DNA from: Vicinamibacteria bacterium
Lineage (GTDB): Bacteria; Acidobacteriota; Vicinamibacteria; Marinacidobacterales; Marinacidobacteraceae
Direction: 5' to 3'
Length of the DNA stretch: 64,000 bases
Assembly (NCBI GenBank): GCA_963555995.3
Contig: OY821641.1
Location: 3,200,001-3,264,000, forward strand
The notes under the pieces were generated by a model. The model worked only from the letters and a program-made list of their open reading frames with translations. It ran no database searches and had not been told where the DNA came from. A program made the position numbers and the translations under genes. Each line of letters opens with the position of its first letter. The stretch's first letter is position 1. Of the stretch, positions 26,813-35,792 are shown one piece after another.

Positions 26813-27912
26813 TGGGGCCGGTCCTCGCTCCACACCCGGTCGTCCGTTTCCTCCTCGCCGAACTCGCGCAGGAGCGCTAGGTCCAGATCGAACTCGTAGA
26901 TGCTGTCGGAGGTGGCGACCGCCAGCGTGCGGCTGTCGTTGAGCGCCACGCCGACCAGCGGCGGGGCGCTGACCACGCGCCGGGCCCCCGTGGGGGTGAA
27001 CAGGAACAGGCCGGCGTCGCCCGCGAGCCCTTCCGCGACGAAGCAGCGGTCCCGGTCGTCGAAGGCGATCCCCTGGGGCCGGCCGAAGCCGGAATGCACC
27101 CGGCAGGGCGCTCCGTCGGGCCGGAACTCGACGATCTGGTCGCGCGACGAGAGCGTGGGGCCGGAGACGAAGAGATAGCCGTAGGAGTTGAACGCCAGGT
27201 GATAGGCCGAGACCGACGCCCGGAGGTGCGAGAACACGCTGACGTCGCTCTCGGCGTCAATCCGGTAGAGCGTTCCGTCCCGGTCGCCGATCACCATCTC
27301 TCCCGTCGGGGAGAACCCGATGCCGGTCGCGCAGCCGAGGTTCTCGGCGAGCACGTGGAAGACGCCGTCGTCGCCCATCCGGTACACGCAGCCGTCCTCG
27401 CGGGAGGACACGTAGAGGGTGTCGTCCGGCCCCCACGCGAGGCCGGTCGGGTTCACGATGCCGTCGCCCATCGGCTCGGGGTCTCCCTCGTCGGTCAGCC
27501 GGTAGATCGGATGGGGGACCTTCTCGCCGCGCCGGCCGCTCACCGTCGAGTAGAGGTTACCGCGGGGGTCGTAGACGGGGTTGGCGACGATGTGGAGGTC
27601 CTCGGCGAAGAGGCGGCCGATGGTCACCGGATGCGGCTCGGTCTCCCGGTCGTTCAGGCACACCCGCACCTCGTCGCCGGCGCCGTCGGGCACCCGGACC
27701 CCCAGCCGGGTGGAGGAGACCCGGTAGATGTGCGCCTCTTCGTCCCCGAAGAACACCCGGAGCCGCGGCGCCTGGTCCACCGTGAAACCGCGTCCGCCGA
27801 TGTCCAGCCGCCCCCCCGGAAGCGCGTAGTGCGGCCAGACCCGCGCGATGGCCAGCCGCGGGCGCTTCGGCCGTTCGGCGCGTCGCACGGGAGGACGAGC
27901 GCGGGCGGACAT
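26809..27912 (-). CDS. IPT/TIG domain + SMP-30/NHL-like beta-propeller protein
   Basis: N-terminal Ig-like G.GF...V.FG segment and repeated NPTGLAW, ATGIGF and PQGIAFD blades. Confidence 0.7.
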   Translation of the reverse strand: MSARARPPVRRAERPKRPRLAIARVWPHYALPGGRLDIGGRGFTVDQAPRLRVFFGDEEAHIYRVSSTRLGVRVPDGAGDEVRVCLNDRETEPHPVTIGRLFAEDLHIVANPVYDPRGNLYSTVSGRRGEKVPHPIYRLTDEGDPEPMGDGIVNPTGLAWGPDDTLYVSSREDGCVYRMGDDGVFHVLAENLGCATGIGFSPTGEMVIGDRDGTLYRIDAESDVSVFSHLRASVSAYHLAFNSYGYLFVSGPTLSSRDQIVEFRPDGAPCRVHSGFGRPQGIAFDDRDRCFVAEGLAGDAGLFLFTPTGARRVVSAPPLVGVALNDSRTLAVATSDSIYEFDLDLALLREFGEEETDDRVWSEDRPQ

Positions 27913-28092
27913 GGGAGCGGTCAGATTAGCAGCGGGCAGCAGAACCCATCCGGCCCGGCCGCTGCGAAATGGAGGCCCGCGGGTGGGCCACCAGCCGTCA
28001 GGGCGCGTACGGCTTGGAGCCCCCGCCGGGAGAAACGCTCATGCGCGTGTCCTCCGGCACACCCCGCCGGTCATGAAAACGGCGGAAACGGC

Positions 28093-28324
28093 TTGGAGCG
28101 CCGGCTTTAGCCGGCACAGCGAGCCGACGGCTCGCGGATGTCGTGCCGCGGTGTGCGCTGATGGACGGACAGCCGTCGGGCGCGCCAGCGTCGTGCCGTC
28201 CGCTGCGCTTCGCGCAGCGGGTGCCGGCTGAAGCCGGCGTTCCCGGCCTTCGTGCCGTCCGGGCGGAGGAGGTCCGTCCCGCCGCCCGCCTGCGGCGGGC
28301 TGTGCCGGCTGAAGCCGGCGTTCC
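28093..28324. repeat. Composite REP element (3 REPs), copy 1 of 232-bp direct repeat
   Basis: REPs at 28095(+), 28221(-) and 28302(-). Spacers nearly identical to 29041-29272. Confidence 0.9.
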
Positions 28325-28574
28325 AAGCCGGCGGCGCCAGCCGGCGGCCATTCCTCATGGCTCGGGAACCCGGCGTTTCGGGCCGGCACATGTGCCGCTT
28401 CGCTTCGACTTTTCCACAATTGGCCGCCGGGTGGGAAAAAATCGGTCCAATTCTCGTCTGTGCATGGTGGAGGACTTTTCCATGCACGAACGAACCACCG
28501 ATGCGGCGGAGACCGCAATCCCTTTGCCCGAACGGCAGGGCCGCTCCTATACTCCGGGAGAGGGTCAAAAAGCG

Positions 28575-29018
28575 ATGACGAGCGCGGAGGCGGAGCGCCT
28601 CGCCGGACGCCCGCGAGTTTCCCGCGAGCCGCTCGCCCGCGCGGAACGTCTCCAGCTCACCATGCTGGCCGGGCTCTTCGTCCTGATCGCGGCGATGTTA
28701 AGCGCGGGGGTTGTCGCGTTCACCACCCTCAGCAGCCAGATCCTTGGCCTCCAGGCGGAGATGCACGAGGAGATCGGCGGCCTCCGCACGGAGATCGGCG
28801 ACCTCCGGGCGGAGATGCACGAGGAGATCGGCGGTCTCCGCGGGGAGATGCGCGAGGAGATCGGCAGCCTCCGGGAGGAGATGCGCAGACTCTCCGACCG
28901 GACGGATCAGCTCTCCGACCGGATGGGTCAGCTCTCCGAGCGCATGACGCGGGTCGAAACGCTGATCGAGACGCGCCTCGTGCCCGCTGCGGACGCCCCG
29001 GACCCGGCCGGCCCCTGA
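28575..29018 (+). CDS. Small membrane-anchored coiled-coil protein with internal tandem repeats
   Basis: TM segment LTMLAGLFVLIAAMLSAGVVAF, repeats EMHEEIGGLR/EMREEIGSLR and LSDRTDQ/LSDRMGQ, ends RMTRVETLIE. Start may be 28482. Confidence 0.65.
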   Translation: MTSAEAERLAGRPRVSREPLARAERLQLTMLAGLFVLIAAMLSAGVVAFTTLSSQILGLQAEMHEEIGGLRTEIGDLRAEMHEEIGGLRGEMREEIGSLREEMRRLSDRTDQLSDRMGQLSERMTRVETLIETRLVPAADAPDPAGP

Positions 29019-29040
29019 ACCGGGGGAGCCGCCCGGCGGC

Positions 29041-29272
29041 TTGGAACGCCGGCTTCAGCCGGCACCGTGGGCCGACGGCTCGCGGATGTCGTGCCGCGGT
29101 GTGCGGTGATGGACGGACAGCCGTCGGGCGCGCCAGTGTCGTGCCGTCCGCTGCGCTTCGCGCAGCGGGTGCCGGCTGAAGCCGGCGCTCCAAGCCCTTG
29201 CGCCATCCGGGCGGAGGAGGTCCGTCCCGCCGCCCGCCTTCGGCGGGCTGTGCCGGCTGAAGCCGGCGTTCC
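29041..29272. repeat. Composite REP element (3 REPs), copy 2 of 232-bp direct repeat
   Basis: REPs at 29043(+), 29169(-) and 29250(-). Confidence 0.9.
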
Positions 29273-29342
29273 GGGCCGGCGGCGCGATCACGGCGTCGGC
29301 GACGCGGTGAGCCCACGACTGCGGGGTAGGATCGGGCGCTTC

Positions 29343-29813
29343 ATGCCCAGTCGCTCAGCCCCCCGCATCGCGGTGATCGGGGGTTCGAGCGCGCCCCCGG
29401 AGGTGCTCCGGGGGGCGGAGGCGGTCGGGCGGGAGCTGGCGCGGGCGGGCGCGGAGCTGGTGTGCGGCGGGCTGGGCGGGGTGATGGAGGCCGCCTGCCG
29501 GGGCGCCCGCGAGGCCGGCGGCTTCACGATCGGGATTCTGCCGGGAGAGGACCGGCGGGAGGCGAACGCCTGGGTGAGCTGCGCCATTCCGACCGGACTC
29601 GGACACTTCCGCAACTTCCTGGTCGTCCGGGCGGCCGACGGCGTGATCGCGCTTCCCGGCGCGAGCGGCACGCTTTCGGAGGCCGCCATGGCGATCACGC
29701 TGGGAAGGCGGGTGGTGACCGTAGCCGGAGACGCGAAGGGGTGGAGCGTTCCGGGAGCGACTCCCGCGGGGTCCGCCGCCGAGGCCGTCCGCCTGGTGCT
29801 GGCGGACCGCTGA
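29343..29813 (+). CDS. TIGR00725-family (LOG-like Rossmann fold) protein
   Basis: IAVIGG, CGGLGGVMEAACRGA, GILPG, TGLG..RN and GTLSE. Confidence 0.85.
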   Translation: MPSRSAPRIAVIGGSSAPPEVLRGAEAVGRELARAGAELVCGGLGGVMEAACRGAREAGGFTIGILPGEDRREANAWVSCAIPTGLGHFRNFLVVRAADGVIALPGASGTLSEAAMAITLGRRVVTVAGDAKGWSVPGATPAGSAAEAVRLVLADR

Positions 29814-29819
29814 GTTCCG

Positions 29820-32800
29820 GTGAACGGGTTCGAGGCGCTCCTGGCGGCCGTCCGCGCCCGCCGGGAGGCCGGGGTCCGCCGGATCGGCCGCCTCTTCGGG
29901 CCGGCGCGGCTCGCGGTGGCGGCGGCGTGGGCCCGGGAATCCGACCGGCCGCTGGTGTTCCTGACGGCGCACGCCCGGGACCTCCTGACCGGGGCCGCCG
30001 ACCTCGAGGCGCTGCTGGCGGCGCTCGGCCCACCGGGAAAACTGGTCCGGCGGGTCCTGCGCCTTCCCGGTCCGGCGGTGAACCCTTACGCGGGGGTCGC
30101 TCCGCACGCCGAGGTGCTGGCTCTCCGCGCCACGGCGCTTTCCGCTCTCGCCGCACCCGGGAATCCGCCCCTGGTCATCGCCTCGGCGGCCGGGGCGCTC
30201 TGCCGCACCGCCGGGCCGGACCGGCTCCGGGACGCGGCGATCCACATCCGGCGAGGGAGCGATGCCTCCCCCGCCGGCATCGCGGCCAAGCTCGCCGCGG
30301 CCGGCTATCGCTACGAGGATCCGGTGAGCGGGCCGGGGGACTTCGCCCGGCGCGGGGGCATCGTGGACTTCTTCCCGGTGGACCGGGAGCTCCCCGTCCG
30401 CATCGAGTTCGGCTTCGAGGGGATCGAGAGCCTCCGCGAGTTCGAGGTGGATACCCAGCGGGCGGGCGACCACCTCGCCCGGCCGGAAGCGGTGTCCGTC
30501 CCGCCGTCGTGGGAGTGGATCGGCGCCGAACTCGACGAAGGACCCCACCCGGCGTTCCGGCTTCCCGGGTCCCCCGGGTTCGACAGCGGGTTCGACGCCT
30601 ACCTCGAGGGCGCCGAGGTGATCCTCGACGAACCGGACCGGTTCTGGGACGCCGCCGAAGCCGAAACGGCGCGCGTGGTGGACGCCCGGCTCGCGGCCCG
30701 GGAGTTCCGGGCGCGCGCCGCGGCCCCGCCGGAGCGCCTCCTGACCCCGATCGAGGCGCTCCGGGCGCGGCTGGAAGAACCCCCGCCGGCCGGGGCCGTC
30801 GAGCTGCGGGAGCTGGAGGCGGCGGGACCGGCGTCCGCCGCGCGTGGGGACCTGCCGGCCCGGCCCACCGACTCCTTCCGGGGCCGGACCGGTGCGTTCC
30901 TGCAGTCGCTGCAGGCGGCCGGAGACCCGCGGCGCACCGTCCACGTCTTCGTGCCCGGGGTGCCCGCCGCCGAGCGGTTCGCGTCCCGCGCCCGGGAGGC
31001 GGGCGCCCGCGTCCGCGACGGCGGCACCGGGAACGGCGTTTCGATTCCGGAGGAGACGCCGGGCGCCCTGCCGGCGCCGCCGCGGGTCTTCGTCCACGCC
31101 GGGCGGCTGAGCGCCGGGTTCGAGCTCCCGGAGCTTCACCTGCAGGTGATCAGCGGCGCGGCGATGGTGGGGGCGCCGCCGCGCACCCCGAGCCGGCGCG
31201 CCCGCTCCGGCAGTTTCCTCTCGGATTTCCGCGACCTGAAACCCGGGGACCCAGTCGTCCACACCGACCACGGGGTGGGGCGCTTCGTCCGGATGACCCG
31301 CCTCGGCGAGGAGGAGAACGCGCCCGAACTGGTCGAGATCCACTACGCGAAGGGGGGAAAGCTCTTCCTGCCGGTGGACCGGCTGGACCTGCTCGAGAAG
31401 TACTCGGCCGGCTCGGCGGCCGGAACGCCCCCGCTCGACCGGCTGGGGGGCACGAGCTGGGTGCGGCGGCGGAAGCGCGTCGCGAAGGCCATGCGCGACA
31501 TCGCGGGCGAACTCATCCGCCTGTACGCGGCCCGCCGGAAGATCGCCGGCTACGCGTTCTCGCGCGACGTCCCGGGGATGGAGGACTTCGAGGACGCCTT
31601 CGAATGGACCGAGACCGAGGACCAGGCGCGGGCGATCCGCGACGTGTTCGAGGACATGGAGTCGGAGGTGCCGATGGACCGGCTGCTCGCGGGCGACGTC
31701 GGGTTCGGGAAGACGGAGGTCGCGCTCCGGGCGGCGTTCAAGGCGGCGATGGAAGGGAAGCAGGTCGCCGTGCTGGTGCCGACCACGGTGCTGGCGGCGC
31801 AGCACGCGCGGGTCTTCGAACAGCGGTTCGCCGCCTTTCCGGTCCGGGTGGCGCTGCTCTCCCGGTTCCGCACGCCGAAGCAGCAGAAGGCGATCGTCGC
31901 CGGGGTCCGCGACGGGACCGTGGACATCGTCATCGGCACCCACCGCCTGCTGTCGAAGGACGTGGCCTTCCGCGACCTGGGGCTGCTGATCGTGGACGAG
32001 GAACAGCGTTTCGGGGTGTCCGCCAAGGAGCGGCTGAAGGCGATGGCCCCACAGGTGGACCACCTGGCGATGACCGCGACGCCGATTCCGCGCACGCTCA
32101 ACATGTCGCTCTCCGGCATTCGCGACATGTCGGTGATCGAGACGGCGCCGCGGGACCGGATGGCCATCCAGACCCATGTGCTGCCGTTCGATCCGGACCG
32201 GATCGCGGAAGCCGTCCGGCACGAACTCGCGCGCCAGGGCCAGGTCTATTTCGTGCACAACCGGGTCCGATCGCTGCCGGCGATGGCGAAGCTCCTCGAC
32301 CGCCTGGTCCCCGAGGCGCGCGTCCTGATCGCCCACGGGCAGATGCGCGAAGCGGCGCTGGAGCGCACCCTGATCCGCTTCCAGGAGCACGAAGCCGACA
32401 TCCTGCTCACCACCACCATCATCGAGAACGGCATTGACCTGCCCCGGGTCAACACCCTGCTGGTGAACCGGGCGGACGCGTTCGGACTCGCCCAGCTCTA
32501 CCAGATCCGGGGCCGGGTGGGGCGGTCCTCGCGGCGGGCCTACGCCTATCTGCTCGTGCCGCAGGGAGCGCCGCTGGCGGGCGGCGCGCAACCGCGCCTC
32601 GCCGCCCTCCGGGAGTTCAGCGAACTGGGCGCCGGGTTCCGGATCGCGGCGCTGGACATGGAACTGCGGGGCGCCGGCAACCTGCTGGGCGCCGCCCAGC
32701 ACGGCCACCTGGAAGCGGTAGGGTTCGACCTCTACTACCGGCTCCTCGAAGAAGCGGTCGCCGAGGCCCGCGGCGACCGTCCAAGATCCCGCTGCGCCAT

Positions 32801-33209
32801 GAACCTCCGCTTCCAGTTCCGCATCCCCGGCGACTGGCTGGAGGACGTCCGGCGCCGGATGTGGCTCTACAAGCGCTGCTCTTCCGCCGCCGACCTGGAC
32901 ACCCTCGACCGGCTCCGCGACGAGGTGCGCGACCGGTTCGGGGCGCTGCCGGCGGAGGTGGAGCTCCTCTTCCAGCACGTGCGCCTCCGCATCCGCGCCG
33001 AGGCGCTCGGCTACACGGCGGTGATCCGGGAGGGCGATGCGCTGCGCTTCGAATCGGACGCGAAGGACCGTTCCTTCCGCTCGCCGCTCGCCCCCGGAGC
33101 GGGGCCGGCGGAAGTGCTCGGGTCGCTCCAGATGGCGCTGTCGGCGCTGGAGGCCGTCGCGCTCAGCCGGGAAAACGAGGGTCCGGCGGACCGGAGAGCC
33201 GTCTCGTGA
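29820..33209 (+). CDS. mfd: Transcription-repair coupling factor
   Basis: RGGIVDFF, CarD-like VVHTDHGVGRF, GDVGFGKT, DEEQRFG, TATPIPRT, QLYQIRGRVGRS, RGAGNLLG and TRCF C-terminus. Confidence 0.95.
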   Translation: MNGFEALLAAVRARREAGVRRIGRLFGPARLAVAAAWARESDRPLVFLTAHARDLLTGAADLEALLAALGPPGKLVRRVLRLPGPAVNPYAGVAPHAEVLALRATALSALAAPGNPPLVIASAAGALCRTAGPDRLRDAAIHIRRGSDASPAGIAAKLAAAGYRYEDPVSGPGDFARRGGIVDFFPVDRELPVRIEFGFEGIESLREFEVDTQRAGDHLARPEAVSVPPSWEWIGAELDEGPHPAFRLPGSPGFDSGFDAYLEGAEVILDEPDRFWDAAEAETARVVDARLAAREFRARAAAPPERLLTPIEALRARLEEPPPAGAVELRELEAAGPASAARGDLPARPTDSFRGRTGAFLQSLQAAGDPRRTVHVFVPGVPAAERFASRAREAGARVRDGGTGNGVSIPEETPGALPAPPRVFVHAGRLSAGFELPELHLQVISGAAMVGAPPRTPSRRARSGSFLSDFRDLKPGDPVVHTDHGVGRFVRMTRLGEEENAPELVEIHYAKGGKLFLPVDRLDLLEKYSAGSAAGTPPLDRLGGTSWVRRRKRVAKAMRDIAGELIRLYAARRKIAGYAFSRDVPGMEDFEDAFEWTETEDQARAIRDVFEDMESEVPMDRLLAGDVGFGKTEVALRAAFKAAMEGKQVAVLVPTTVLAAQHARVFEQRFAAFPVRVALLSRFRTPKQQKAIVAGVRDGTVDIVIGTHRLLSKDVAFRDLGLLIVDEEQRFGVSAKERLKAMAPQVDHLAMTATPIPRTLNMSLSGIRDMSVIETAPRDRMAIQTHVLPFDPDRIAEAVRHELARQGQVYFVHNRVRSLPAMAKLLDRLVPEARVLIAHGQMREAALERTLIRFQEHEADILLTTTIIENGIDLPRVNTLLVNRADAFGLAQLYQIRGRVGRSSRRAYAYLLVPQGAPLAGGAQPRLAALREFSELGAGFRIAALDMELRGAGNLLGAAQHGHLEAVGFDLYYRLLEEAVAEARGDRPRSRCAMNLRFQFRIPGDWLEDVRRRMWLYKRCSSAADLDTLDRLRDEVRDRFGALPAEVELLFQHVRLRIRAEALGYTAVIREGDALRFESDAKDRSFRSPLAPGAGPAEVLGSLQMALSALEAVALSRENEGPADRRAVS

Positions 33210-34162
33210 GCCGGTTCCCCGCCGGGGCGATCCTGCTGCTGGCGCTCGCCGGGGCGGGCTGCGGCGGCTTCGCCGGGGAAGACGATCCGGTGGTCGTCTC
33301 GGTGGGCGGGCGCGAGGTGACCCAGGCCGCCCTCGACCGGTTCATCGCGTCCCGGACGGGGCTCGGCGGGACGCTCGACGCTCCCCTGCTCAGCGCTCTC
33401 CTCGAGGAGTTCGTGCGCGAGCGACTCCTGGTGATCGCCGCGGAGGAAGCGGGGGTCGAGGTCTCCGAGGTCCAACTGCTCGAGGAGACCTCCGCCCTGC
33501 GGCGCGGAGCCGGGCCCGACGTGGTCCGGACCGAGACCGGGACCGGCGCGCCCGCGGGCGACGGCGACGCGGCGGCGGGCCCGGACGACGGCTGGCTGCG
33601 CTCGCAGGTGCGGGACCGGCTCCTGGTGGACCGGTTCATGGACACCGTGGTGCTGGCCGGCGTCGAAGCGACGGACGAGGCCCTGCAACTGGAGTTCGAG
33701 GCGAACCGCGCCTTCTACGGGCGTCCGGAGACCGTCACCGTCTCGGAACGGCGGTTCGGCGACCGGGAGAGCGCCGAAGCCGCCGCCCGGGTCCTCCGTC
33801 AGGAACCCCGGTCCGGCGGGGACGGCGAGGGCGCCGACCCCTTCCTGCCGGTCGGCACGTTCCGGAGGGGCGAGTTGCCGGACGACGTGGACCAGGCGGT
33901 CTTCGTCCTCGACCCCGGGGACACCACCGACGCGATCGAGACCGCGGCGGGCTTCCGGGTCTTCCGGGTGGAGCAGCGGCTCCCCGCCGCCTCGCTCGAG
34001 TTCGAGGAAGTGCAGGATGTGGTCCGGCTCACGGTCCTCCGCCGGGAAGCCGACGCCCGCGTCCAGACCCTCCTCGAGGACCTCCAGAACCGCCACCCCG
34101 TCCGCGTCCACACCGACAACCTCCCCTTCCCCTACGTCGGGCTCCTCCCCAAACTGGAGTGA
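33206..34162 (+). CDS. SurA/PrsA-like peptidylprolyl isomerase lipoprotein
   Basis: GTGA overlap with mfd. Lipobox LAGAGC. SurA-N-like helices and parvulin-like segment (ELP..VF.L.PG....IET..GF). Confidence 0.75.
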   Translation: MSRFPAGAILLLALAGAGCGGFAGEDDPVVVSVGGREVTQAALDRFIASRTGLGGTLDAPLLSALLEEFVRERLLVIAAEEAGVEVSEVQLLEETSALRRGAGPDVVRTETGTGAPAGDGDAAAGPDDGWLRSQVRDRLLVDRFMDTVVLAGVEATDEALQLEFEANRAFYGRPETVTVSERRFGDRESAEAAARVLRQEPRSGGDGEGADPFLPVGTFRRGELPDDVDQAVFVLDPGDTTDAIETAAGFRVFRVEQRLPAASLEFEEVQDVVRLTVLRREADARVQTLLEDLQNRHPVRVHTDNLPFPYVGLLPKLE

Positions 34163-34206
34163 CTCACCCAGTCCCGGAACAGCACGCCAACCTGGACCGC
34201 CGGCCT

Positions 34207-34345
34207 GGAACGCCGGCAGGGTGCTGAATGTTGCGCCGTGCGCGGCGCGGAGCGCCGCGGTGCCGGTCTGGAGACCGGCGTTCCAAGGCGGTGCGCCATC
34301 AGGGGGCTGAACGTTGTGCCGTGCGCGGCGCGGAGCGGCGCGGGT
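34207..34345. repeat. REP-like palindrome plus short direct repeat
   Basis: Partial REP at 34207, full REP at 34260, duplicated GCCGTGCGCGGCGCGGAGCG. Confidence 0.7.
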
Positions 34346-34466
34346 GAGCGAGCGGCAGGTTCGCTACGAGCTGGGTCGCGAGGAGGGTGGGGGTGACGAC
34401 CGCGGGAAGTTGGAGCGCCGGACGCCTAGAATGTCCGTTCCCTCCTGACCGGACAAGGAAGTCCTC

Positions 34467-35471
34467 ATGCCGCGCTCCCCGATCCTCGCAACCCTGCCGC
34501 TGGTCCTCTTCAGTGCCCACGCCGGCGCCCAGGAAACCGGAAACGGCGCGTCCGCGGAGGTCTTGGACCGGGTCGTCGCCCTTGTCAACGGGGACATGAT
34601 CACGCTCAGCGAGCTGCAGCGGCAGGTCGTCATCCAGGCGGAGCGTCTCGGCGTCCCCGACGATCCCGAGGTCCAGGCCACCTTCCGGAGATCGGTCCTC
34701 GAGGGGATGGTGGACAACACGCTGATCCTCCAGGTCGCCGACCAGCGCGGGCTCCGCGTCCCGGACCGGTACTTCGACGAATGGAAGGAAGCGACCATCG
34801 AGGAGATGAACCTCCCGAACGAGGAAGAGTTCGTCCGGCAGGTGGAGCTCCAGGGATCCAACATGGAGGAGCTGAAGAAGCAGTTCCTCGAGGGCGTCCT
34901 CATCCAGGAGATCCGCCGCCAGGACATCGAGGAACGGGTCCAGATCAGCGAACCGGAGATCGAGCAGCGCTACCGCGAGAACGTGGACGAGTTCATTCGC
35001 CCGCCGCAGGTCCGGCTGCGGGAACTGGTCGTCCACGTCACCGAGGCCGGCGAGGCGGAGGCGCGGGAGCGCCTCGCCGAGGCCCAGCGCCTGATCGCGT
35101 CGGGCACCGACTTCGGAGAGGTAGCGAAGGTGCGGTCGGAATCCGGTTCGGCGGAGAGCGGCGGGGACCTCGGTCTCTTCCTGGTCCGCGAACTGGACGA
35201 GTCCTTCCGGTCGGTGGTGGCCGAACTCGAGCCGGGAGCGGTTTCCGAACCGCTGCGGATCGGCGAATCCCTCTACCTGCTCAAGGTGGACGAGCGGACC
35301 GAAGAATCCACCATCCCGCTGGACGACGTGCGGAACCAGATCGCCGAATCGCTCTACAGCGAAAAGATGGCGGCCGAGATGGACAACTTCGTCCGCAACC
35401 TCCGGGAGAACGCCATCGTCGAGATCCGCCTGGACGAAGGCGACACGGCGACCGAGCCACCCTCCCGCTAA
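34467..35471 (+). CDS. SurA-like peptidylprolyl isomerase (parvulin)
   Basis: Signal peptide, LDRVVALVNGDMITLSEL, DFGEVAK..SE...GGDLG and L.PG.VSEP. Confidence 0.85.
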   Translation: MPRSPILATLPLVLFSAHAGAQETGNGASAEVLDRVVALVNGDMITLSELQRQVVIQAERLGVPDDPEVQATFRRSVLEGMVDNTLILQVADQRGLRVPDRYFDEWKEATIEEMNLPNEEEFVRQVELQGSNMEELKKQFLEGVLIQEIRRQDIEERVQISEPEIEQRYRENVDEFIRPPQVRLRELVVHVTEAGEAEARERLAEAQRLIASGTDFGEVAKVRSESGSAESGGDLGLFLVRELDESFRSVVAELEPGAVSEPLRIGESLYLLKVDERTEESTIPLDDVRNQIAESLYSEKMAAEMDNFVRNLRENAIVEIRLDEGDTATEPPSR

Positions 35472-35792
35472 CGGCACGGCGCGACGCGATGCCGGCCGGA
35501 GGCCGGAGCTCCCTTCCCTGCGCCCCGTGAGGATGTGCGGCAGATGTGCCATTTCGGTCCGCTACGATCCCCTCTTATCGCTCCGCAATCTTGATTCCTC
35601 TGTTTATACATAGGCTTCAAGAATCAAATCACATCTTGCATCAAATCCACGATGATCCGACACGCCCAAATCGAAGGGAATCCCGACAGGCGCGAGGGCA
35701 ACGTATCGCGCTACGAGCGTCTCTTGTCTGCGGCTCTCTGGAGCATCAGGGAACTTCCTGATCGCCTTCAAGCCTAAACTCCATTCACCTTT

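Noticed and set aside
29355-32978. Long antisense and alternate-frame ORFs over mfd (also over the ABC genes, peptidase and amidohydrolase)
   Set aside because: Shadow ORFs of well-supported genes in high-GC DNA.
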